A DNA stretch of 64,000 nucleotides from Adineta vaga (taxonomy: Eukaryota > Animalia > Rotifera): the NCBI GenBank assembly GCA_021613535.1, contig CP075492.1, positions 10,168,001 to 10,232,000 on the forward strand, given 5' to 3'. How positions within the stretch are numbered: the first letter of the stretch is position 1; every line of letters starts with the position of its first letter. This document shows positions 53,766-64,000 of the stretch, piece by piece. Below the pieces are notes generated by a model. The model had not been told where the DNA came from, did not search any database, and worked only from the letters and a program-made list of their open reading frames with translations. Position numbers and translations under genes: made by a program.

Positions 53766-55081
53766 ATGGATGGTGCTGGTAATATTACCTTTTGGGGTTA
53801 TAGCCCTAGTCTTTGTCTAACGAACTATATTGATAAACAATCAGACGAATTACCAATTCGTCTTTTATTAATTGGTAGTGGTGATATTCGTCATATATTA
53901 CATACATTGGCATTGACAACATCATCGGTACATATTTATATTCTTGAGTCTCAATTGGAAATTTATGCACGTCATTTACTTTTTCTTCAATTGATATTTA
54001 CACCAACGGATCAATTAGGTTTACAAGAAAAATGTGAACGTTATTTAGAACTCTTTGCTAATCTACATATTAATACACATACAGAACAATATTTAAAAGA
54101 AACTGCAACACAACTAATTCAACATGTTACAAATATCAATGGGGAATTTCAATTTGCACCGAATCTTAATATTGATATATCGTTATTGAAATATAAAGAG
54201 AAAGATTTTCTCGAAGGTATATTTCAATTTTGGCGTGCACCACCTGCTAAACAACCGTTTCCAGCAGAATTAGCTTGGGATGGTCGTGTTCGACAATATC
54301 TAGGTAAAATGAAAATAAGATGATCTATGAATTGTTTTATATTTTTAAAGGAGCTCGATATGATACTCGTCGTAATGCATTTGATTGGGATTTACATATG
54401 AAATTAGCTGAACGTGGTTTTAAACGATTAAATAATCAAGAGTATGGTGATTGGCGTGAAAAAGGTCTTGCTTTTCATTTAAATCGTCAAGATTATACTC
54501 AACCCAATCGAACACTTGCTTCTGCTTTTGTTTTTCAAAGTTCTGATGGAACAAAACAAGCTCGTCGTGGCTATTGGGGAGATATTCTTACTGGTCCATT
54601 TCTTGCTCATGGTCTTTCGCCTATCGATAATGATGATCCACAAATGCAATCGAAAGCCAATGATAAATATGTTAAAACAGCAACAGATGTATCTGAATAC
54701 AATGTTTTAAAATTATTAGGTCAACTTCAAGAACAACAGAATCAAATAAAAATCATCTTTTTACCATTGAATAGTATTGATGATTTATGTACAGCTAGTA
54801 AAGAACGTTATCGTCATTTACAATTTGATTTAATCTACATTGGTTGTGGTTTAACACATTATTTGAATGAACAAGGAGAAAAGTTTTCTTCTTCAATTAT
54901 GTCCAAAGGATCTACACTTCTTTTAGAAATACCAAGATTTCTGCTTGATCTTAAACAAGAACAACTTGAACAATTAGAAAAACGTTATGATGAATTAGCT
55001 AAACAAGTTGGATGTCAACTTCAAGATAATGATGAATTAAAATCAAATGCAATGAAACTTTATAAATATGATCGAATGTAA
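53766..55081 (+). CDS. DNAAF3: Dynein axonemal assembly factor 3 (2 exons)
   Basis: MDGAGNITFWGYSPSL, LLIGSGDIRHIL, WDGRVRQYLGARYDTR, FDWDL, PNRTLAS, RGYWGDILTGPF. Confidence 0.93.
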
Positions 55082-55716
55082 TTTTGTAAAAAAATAATAA
55101 TAAAAAGATAATCGTTGACTTGTTTCTAATTCATTCATTTCTTCAATATTACAAGAATTCGATTGTAATATTTCTTATATCATAAGCAATAAATTCCTAT
55201 TGAATTAATATTACAAAACAAGAAAGTCATAACTACTGGTTTTTGCTTGTTTCTTCATCCGGCGATATAAATATGTACAGAAATATACTTAAATATTAAA
55301 CAAAGTTCAAGAAAAAGTATGATAAGATGAATTATACAGGAAATGATAATTAACTGACACGCAAAGGAATCGAAAGCAACAAAATCATTGAATTCATTTA
55401 GATTAATAACATAATGTGACACACATTTTCATGCATGATAGAATTTTTATCTTCAAATTTTGCAATAAAATGACAGTAGTTGAAATTGATAAACAATGAC
55501 AAACAGGAAGATTTTAATGTAAATCAATTATAGATAAGAGACAATTTAGATTTGCTAATGCATCTGTGATGAAAATCTTTATTGAATTTGTTCTTGAAAA
55601 ACATAAAATGAACTGACTCAACAACAATTAAATATGTATAGAGAGAAAAATATTAAGTCATCATTGCACATTAGATTTTCGGATATAGGTCAATCAAAAA
55701 AATACGTCATTGATTC

Positions 55717-56712
55717 TTATTGATGTTGCTGTGTTTGTTCGATTTTCTTAGAAACTGGATTTGGATTCTGTTGTATACCAGCAGGTTGTGTAGTATTTCT
55801 TGTTGTTGCTTGAGGTCCTACTTGTCTTGCTCTTCTACGATAAAAAATCATTCCTTTAATTTTAACTCGAACGTTTCGCAATGAAAAATAGCAGACATAA
55901 GGAAAAAAGAAAATGATATTATATAAGAGAAATTTCCCATAAATTATTCCATAAAAAGCAAGATAATCTGGTAATCCACATTGATAAGCGAAAATAACTA
56001 TCACCCATGGAAAATTAAATACCAAATAAATAATTGAAATTGACAATAATTGAACGGCCATTCGACGATTTTCTCGCCATCGATTTGATCGACGCATTCG
56101 TGCTTTTTGCCTTATGACTCGTATGAGAAGACCGACACAACAGATTGCAATAATTAACGTTGGAATAATTTGATGTACAAAAAGATCCCATGTTGCTAAA
56201 AATGTTCGATCAAATGCACAAGGAATATAAATACCTCCATTTAAATAACCATCGAATGAATAACTACAAGGTGTTGCAAAATAAACTGTGGAATAATAAA
56301 CCAAATAGAAGATAATAATGCTAGCTATTGGTAAGTAATGAATAAATAAACGTTTCTTCCGTGTTGATACCCATTGATCATGGAAAATAAGTATATGTCG
56401 TTCGATACTAGCCCAAGCAAATAGAGCTATCTGTAGTGAATACAGTGAATAATCAATAAACACCCAAAAGATATAGAAGTTAGGTGACGTTGACCAAGGT
56501 ACACCAAAGTGATCATTGTAAAGATGAAATGAGATGTCTGTTAATTCATAGATTAGTCCAATGATTAGAAGAATAATAATAACATGATTATTAAGGGCTT
56601 GACGGTTTGTTCGATCCATAAGAAACCATAGAACGAACAATGTGCATGCAAGAGATGTGATATTAAAGAAAAGAAAATACCAAAATCGAATTTGCGGAGG
56701 AATTCGAAACAT
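55717..56712 (-). CDS. Orphan class A (rhodopsin-like) GPCR, intronless
   Basis: Seven hydrophobic segments; AWASIERHILIFH (ERH at the DRY position); ALNNH and HYLP motifs. Confidence 0.85.
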   Translation of the reverse strand: MFRIPPQIRFWYFLFFNITSLACTLFVLWFLMDRTNRQALNNHVIIILLIIGLIYELTDISFHLYNDHFGVPWSTSPNFYIFWVFIDYSLYSLQIALFAWASIERHILIFHDQWVSTRKKRLFIHYLPIASIIIFYLVYYSTVYFATPCSYSFDGYLNGGIYIPCAFDRTFLATWDLFVHQIIPTLIIAICCVGLLIRVIRQKARMRRSNRWRENRRMAVQLLSISIIYLVFNFPWVIVIFAYQCGLPDYLAFYGIIYGKFLLYNIIFFFPYVCYFSLRNVRVKIKGMIFYRRRARQVGPQATTRNTTQPAGIQQNPNPVSKKIEQTQQHQ

Positions 56713-57374
56713 TGTTAGTGTGTTAATATTTACAGCTGCAAATGCTGTCTAGAAGTAGTTGAATGAATGTGTGATGGAATTGCTTTTTGAAGAAACATAC
56801 TCCAGCAATGAAAACAAAAAATAGAGAGAAACAACTATAAATAAAATAAGAATGATAACACTATATAGTTCTTTTTATCAAGTACTATTTTAGGTTCATT
56901 CGAACGTTTCCCTAGATTATCTTGTAGAATAAAAATAACTCTTATTTCTACTTTCAGATAAATTCTTGATCTCTTTTAAAATAAATTATCGTTTAAAACT
57001 GCTAATAATACATATGAAAAAATTAAGAGATTCTTCACGTGAACTCAGCCAAGTTTGAGAATAGTTTCAATTTGTTTCTAGTAGATTTCTTTTGTTTTTG
57101 TTCTATTCTTATAAATTTTCCAAGTAAAATCATGTTTTCTTTGTGTACTCATTTAATTCATCAAAAATAAGTTCTTTTCACATTCATCTTAAAAACTTAA
57201 ACTACAATTTAAGAACACGCGAGAGAGCTTGTATCCTAGAGAATTTATATTGACCGACGACGGAGATGATTGGACAATTTGATTTCAATCAAATATATAC
57301 TTGTTCAGTGTTATTGTACAGAATATAATATTCCTGTTTCAAATTTTATTTAAACAAAACTATAACAAAAGATT

Positions 57375-58584
57375 TCATTGTCTTCGATGTCGTGCTAATT
57401 TAAGTAAATTTGATATTAGACAAGCGACTGTGACTGGTCCAACACCACCAGGAACTGGAGTTATCCATCGAGCAACACGTTTCACTTCTAAATACAAACA
57501 AATCATAATTTGAAGAGAAAAAAAAACAGATAAAACTAACCATCAAAATCCACATCGCCAACAAATTGTTTATTTTTTGCTATTGCTTTATCAGTCCAAC
57601 TTTTTGATATTCCAACATCAATAACAACTGCATTTTCTTTAACCATTCGTTGTGTAACAAGTTCTAAAAAATAAAACTTTTTCTAAACATCAATAAAATC
57701 CATATTCTATTTACTTGATCGACCAACAGCTGATATAATAACATCAGCATTTTTACAATACCATGTCAAATTAGTTAAATGCGTATGACGATGACAAATA
57801 GTTACAGTTGCACCACTGACTAAATCATTCTTTGCATTCGTACTCGATTGACTAAGCATTAATGCTAAGGGTGTACCAACATATTTCGAACGTCCAATAA
57901 TAACAACATCCTTTCCTTGTAATGGCTCTCCAATTTCTAGTAACATTTCTCTTACAGCAGCAACAACTGGTATCGTAACTAATGGAGATGATGATTGTCT
58001 ATAGGAATAATTATTTGTTCCAGTATGTCCATCAACATCTTTATCTGCTCGAATAGTATCTATAAATTGTTCAGTTTTATCAATGAGATGTAATGGTAAT
58101 GGTAATTGAAGAATAATTCCATCGACTGAATCATCCTTATTTAAAGATTGAATCGTATGAATTAGTTGCGATGAAGATACATGCATCAGTTGATTAATTA
58201 CTTGAAAATCAATACCTAGATATGAAAATTTCAAGATTTGTTATAAATTTAAAAAGAACTTTATGAAAATTAAACAACCGACGTGTTCGGCGGCACGTTG
58301 TTTATTTCGTACGTAGAGTTTACTAGATTCATTTCCTCCAACAAGAATTGTGACAAGTCGTGGACGACATTGATGTTTGTTTACAAATTCTGTACATTCA
58401 TTTCGACATCTTTGTAATATACGTTCAGCAATTGGTTTACCATAGAGAATGTTTTTTTTCGTATGAACAGAATCTGTAACAAGAAATCTGAATTATACAT
58501 TTTTAGATTCGTGTAATTGATTGAATGAATTGAAAAGACAAACCTTGATTGTATAAAGAAATGTCTGATTGACAAACGAAGCAT
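57375..58584 (-). CDS. Methylenetetrahydrofolate dehydrogenase/cyclohydrolase (FolD/MTHFD2-like), probably mitochondrial
   Basis: [59 protein letters not shown]; Arg-rich presequence-like N-terminus. Confidence 0.9.
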
Positions 58585-58925
58585 TTTTCGGTTGTTTCGG
58601 AAAGAGAAATCAATGAGACACCCTTCCCTCGCTCACTCAGTGGATAGATAACGATGATTGAAGATATCTATGAACCAGTTATTCAAGTTGTTACGCCATC
58701 TGTAAAATGTCGCACTACTACGACAACATATCTTGTTCTTGAGGATGTCTATATCATTGAAGTCAAGAATTATTATTTTTGCTTATATTTTAATGTATTA
58801 AAATAAAACAAGTAGTCTCAATTAGAACTGCACATAAACAAATTTAGGAACCGATAACACCGTTTATAAATACACACACACACACACACACACAACAATG
58901 GAAAAAAGAATCAAATTGTAAATAA

Positions 58926-61271
58926 TCACCAAAATCGAAATCGTGATCGTATAGAACGAAAACTGTCATCAATAGAAGAATCTGGCGATGAACAACGTAC
59001 AAATCTTGGTAGTGATGATTTGCGTCGTGGTAATGGAGTATGATCAATAGTTGTTGTTAATAATGATGACAGATGACTGCCTGGCGAACTACTCGTTCGA
59101 AGAATAGCAGAAATAGATCGATCTAAACGTTTATTAGAAATTATTGAGAACATATTTGTTTGTTCATTCTTACTTTGTTTTGTCATTGGAGATAAGGATT
59201 TTGTTGTTTCTGATTGATTCGACAAATATTGTTGAGTTTTAAGTGTTGATAATCGTGTATAGAGTGGAATTTCTAAACCTTTAATAAGATTTTCTTCAAC
59301 ATAGGCTCGTTCATATTCCAATGAATCCATCATTTGTAATTTATCTAGAGGTGTTCGATGAGCAAATAGATATGTTTTATTCTGTATACGATCGTATAAA
59401 CGCCAAGCATACGACAAATGAACAAGATTTTCTTCATCTAAACGTGAAACTAAAATGAAATGTTAGAAAATCTTTCCCACTTCTTCAAAGTCTTTTTCTC
59501 ATACCTTTTCCATCCGTTAGATCCTCGATTTCTGCATCATCTAATTCCGCTCGATCAAGATAAACGATTGTATTTCGTCGATCCTAAATTTGTAAAAAAA
59601 AAGAACGTTATTTTTCAATACAAATGTAATTCTACTCGAAAATTATACCTTTTTACAAATAATTAATATATGATCAAAAAGAAACAAAATTACAGATTCT
59701 TTCTTTCCATTTTGATATAGAAATCCATCAGCACGACCAAGACCTTGTGTACTTGTTTCAAGTAAATTTTTTCCCTAAAAAATTCAAACATAGACACTAT
59801 GAATCGTACGAATAAGTTCAAACTAATTTTACCTGCCAGCCTTCAACCGTATGTTGCCATTTATGAATGATCTCCACATATTCCATATGTCTCTTTTGTT
59901 CATTGATATAACTCGCGACATCACGCATTGTATTCAATGCTTGTTGAACATTCTGATAATCTTTATGTTCCGTTGATGTACATTTCAATAGTTCATTCAA
60001 TTGCAATGGATATTGACAGATACGTTGAATTGGTGTAAGAAGAAAAGCATCTAATTTTAATTCAATCATATTTGCTCGTAGTCGGCATGTCTAAAAATGA
60101 TTCAAAAGTTATTTTTTCTTTTCAAAGATTTCGATTCGTCCATTTACTTCAAAGAAATTTCGATAGGTTGAATTATTTTCAAGTTTCGTCAATTCTAAAC
60201 AGGATAAGGGATGATTGATACAATATTTCGAATATTTTTTGAATTGTTCTCTCTAGAAAAGAAAACAACAACAATATGAATGAGATATGATCGTTTTAAT
60301 TCAATAGTTACATAAAGAAGAAAACATTTGCCAATCAAACTCTCATGTGGATGTAAATCATTGATTGAAAGTTTTAATAATTGAAAAAATGCTTGTTGAA
60401 ATGCATAGATTTCTTCAATATTTCCCATTAATAATTCAATTTGTTTTTCACAGAATAAATCCGTATGTAAACGCATTTTGTTTAGATAACCCTAAAGTAT
60501 ATTTGATAATCATATTTAAAAGAAAAATTCTACCAATCAAATTTTCCTTCATACCTCAACTAAATTTTTCAAATGTCCTAAATAATCCGATTCTGTTTTG
60601 TAGATTTCTTTGATAATATTTGTACGCTTATTGAGATTTTCTGTTTCATCAATGGTGGGTGATGCTGGATTACTTGATGAATGTGAATCACTTCGAAAAC
60701 CTACATATGAACGAAATCAAAAAGATCTGTATGATCACGATTCTAATCATACCAGATGATGATGACGATGGAGATAAAAAATTTGGATTGGATAAAATTG
60801 GTAGATCTTCATCAATTAATGTTGAAGAACATTGTTTCCGGCGTAATTGAATTGGATCAAAATGATGATTTGTTGTTGGCTGAAAAGATTAGACAAATAT
60901 TTATTTAAGAAAAGAGGAAATTTGTAATTAAATTTTTTCGTTTAAATAAGATAAGAAAACATCATACTCTGGTTTCTTTTTCCTTCCGTTGTCAGATAAG
61001 ACATTTGTAATGCTACTGAGCTTTGTCATTTCAAAAAATTGAATCTTTACCACGACAGATTCCAATCAACGTATGTTATTGTACTCACTTGAATTTTATG
61101 TGTTACAGCATGTTCAATAACAAGAGGTCGAAATTTGCATTCGTTCACATGTTGATAATGACGTCGATTTTGTTTATCTAATTTTCTTGTTGATGTTTCA
61201 CCATCGTTCTGACGTTCCAGTCGTTGATAATGTCGAAGTGCTTCAGATATGAGTGAGGCATTACCTAACAA
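58926..61271 (-). CDS. DH-PH Rho GEF (ARHGEF4/9-like); 5' end uncertain
   Basis: LMGNIEEIYAFQ, LDAFLLTPIQRICQYPLQLNELLK, INEQKR, WQHTVEGW, PH FLFDHILIICK. Confidence 0.82.
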
Positions 61272-64000
61272 TAGAAATATTTTTTATATCTCTACATGAA
61301 TAAAGTATGAGAAATAATCATAATGATTGCGTGTATGGAAAATATTTATCTCAATAACAGATCATTGACGTGATGAAGATCGAGATAAAAAGGAAAAAGA
61401 GAGTGAAAGAGAAAATGACTCTTCTTGTCTATGCGTAAAAAGGTTTCACTCTTATTTCATCACATTCCGACAGATACCAGGTGTCGTCTATCAAAAATAA
61501 TTATATACTCATTGCTCTCTTTTCTTTTCTTTTCTTTTCTTTTTTACACAACTTCAATCATTGTTTGATTTTCTTCATCAGGTATTGAAGCAGAAAACGA
61601 AGAAAATATCTCACTCATTAAATATCGATTTTTCATTTATTTTCCTTTTACATATATTTATATGAGATAAGAACTGTAATTCTTTTGAAGAACATGCAGA
61701 TGGTTTGTTTTAAAAGACAACTATCTAAATTGTACACATGCCGACAGATAGATAGTTATCGTCATCGGAACTCGTTTCCTTTAATATTGTCAAGTTCATT
61801 GACCACTTATTGATTGAAAATATTTAAAAAACAGTTAGACACCTCCGACTGTGTGTGTGAGAAAAAAACTATGAAATCCTAATGAAAAAAAGATCAGCAA
61901 ACAAATCGTCAAGATCATTAGCACGAAAATAAAATCCTTCAAGAGCATTTGTATTTTGACACATATGTCGAAGTTGAACAAAACATACTATACAAATATG
62001 AAATGAACTGTTCTCCCTTAGGATACGATGATGAATGATTAGACATGTCTATAATCGCAATTGTTTCTTTCCGGAAATCACTTTTCAACACCTTCTGTAT
62101 ACATTTCGATATCTTCGCATTACACAAGACGTTCGATCCTTGTATACTTTTCTAAGCCTTTTTCCTACATATATTTTATGTACATAGTGACTTCTTCGAT
62201 AGGTTTCAATCATCATCGTCTTATTTGATTAACATCTTGACACGAACGTGTGTCTTCTCTTTACTGAATTAGCGAATGTACATATATACATATATGTATA
62301 CACTCCAATCATCATCACCATCCTTGATGAACAGCGATAAGAACATGATGTTTCACTCCACATCTAGTTGACACGCAATCGGAAGAAAATGTGGGAAAAT
62401 TCACTTCGCTCCCATAATCACATCATTATCATCAGCTAAGTTACTTAGCATTTGTACCTACAAGCAATTCCTAATACATTTTTTTCTTCGTGATGCATTT
62501 CAAAATGAATGATAACCTTTTATGCTGATCATTATTTATTATCGAATATGAAATGATTTAACCAGATGAAAGTGAAATGATATTTAATACTTTAGTCTGT
62601 CGAAGTCGAGAAGTTGCTTTTTTAATGAAATCGAGTATGTTGATGTTAATGTTTGCCTCGCGGTAAAACACATAATAAACATCAAGACAATAAAAAGAAG
62701 AAGAAGAAGAAGAAGGAAAAAACTGACCACAAACTGAGCTGCACACATGCATATCATCAGAATCATATTCTTCCCGCACCTGTATTGGCTCAATAGACAC
62801 TTATATGAGCAATGAAACGAAACGTGAGGAATAAAAAGAAAATGTCAACGTAATGTGCGCATAGTTCGTTTGATGTGTCAAGTACCACAAGGACTAATGA
62901 ACTCAAAAGAGCAATGCAGCACTACTCATATGTATATGCATGCCTGATCTTGTTAAAGAAACGAGTCATTGCTCAATGAAGAGCTTAGACTTTCTAAGAA
63001 GATTTTTCTCCTTCAAAATTACATCTCCTTGTCAATATCAACGATCAATCGCATATCCTCAGGGGTGGTTAAGTCGGTTTGTCGACATCTGATTTTTATA
63101 ATTGATAAAACAACAAAAACATCGGGTGTGAAGCCAATAAACTCTGCCTCTTTCTCCCCTAGAAGCTAACTAAACATCTCCGCATGTCAATGATCTTCGT
63201 ATCGAATAAATTAGAAAAAAAAACACAGAAAATTCTAAATGTACTTACGTTTAAGACTACAACGAACCGTTACTGATGTTGATTTGCCATTTTCTTTTAT
63301 ATAACGAAAACGAATTTTTCTCATTGTGTATCGATCAGTAGTTCGTTGTGTTGGATGATTGTACAAGTTAATGATGTGAGAGATATATTCAATCTATCTG
63401 TTAGACAAGTAAACGATCGGAAGAGATGGGAAGAATGAGAGAAGGAGAGAGAAAGCGAAAGAGATGATGATTAAATAACACGAGCCAATACGAGAATAAA
63501 TAGGATCAGCGCATGAAGAGGAGAGAGAGAGAGAGAGGAGAGGAAAGAAAAAAAACGAATTTTTTCGTTCGATTCTGTTCCAGTAGACAGACGAGAATGA
63601 TGATGAGTTTTTTCCAAGCGAATGAACATGATACCTCATGCTGAGAGAGTCGAAAAATCAACAATCAACTTCATCAATTGAATTGAAAGAGAATGAGACG
63701 AGAAGCAACGTTCTCGGGTAACCACTTTATCGAACCAACGGTATCCTTTCCCTTGCAAACAAACCTCATTTCCGTGATATAAATACAGGCGGAGATTTTT
63801 CAATATGCATCAACACCTTTTTATTGTTCTGAAGTGGAACTTGTAACCTGAGAGCTCGAGGGAAGAGCATAAAATTTTACTAAATTCAATTTTGATTTTT
63901 CAATCAATATCAGATATGATCAATATAGAACAATTCCATAGAGATTTAGTGCTAGTTTAACAGATGGTCACATGTACGAATCATTTAAAACAACAATCTG

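Noticed and set aside
61300-64000. Short ORFs, possible upstream RhoGEF exons and an X-box-like GTTCTCGGGTAAC at about 63710
   Set aside because: No consistent spliced frame or family could be established by eye.

Overview
AT-rich, gene-dense eukaryotic DNA with many short (~50-60 nt) GT-AG introns. Gene content and style (42-aa TPR arrays, ankyrin/ART-like relic, cellular RdRP, intronless orphan GPCR, bacterial-like domains, TGTGGG-like repeats) point to a bdelloid rotifer; this is an inference. Conserved genes recognised: Arp2, LIMP-2/CD36, lebercilin, SERP1, VTI1, SOS-like, F-box/LRR, mGluR, TMEM216-like, SRD5A3, RdRP, kizuna, ANKRD26-like, DNAAF3, FolD/MTHFD and a DH-PH RhoGEF. The most unusual part is a ~10.5-kb accessory island (~38.3-48.4 kb) between two diverged direct copies of the KIZ 5'-end/X-box promoter. 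It holds a spliced LRAT/NlpC-P60 gene that the ORF track misses and a decayed ankyrin-ART-like pseudogene. It also holds an inverted pair of secreted 'DCGG' cysteine-repeat paralogues ending in different bacterial-type modules (EGF + Bacteroidota-like lectin domain versus mucin stalk + GH16 + anchor). This pair is bracketed by near-identical inverted non-coding repeats, and telomere-like TGTGGG hairpins mark junctions in the island. Also notable: a tandem pair of orphan, probably mitochondria-targeted disordered membrane proteins, and four short deletions that break reading frames (probably assembly errors). All exon structures were read by eye and coordinates are approximate.
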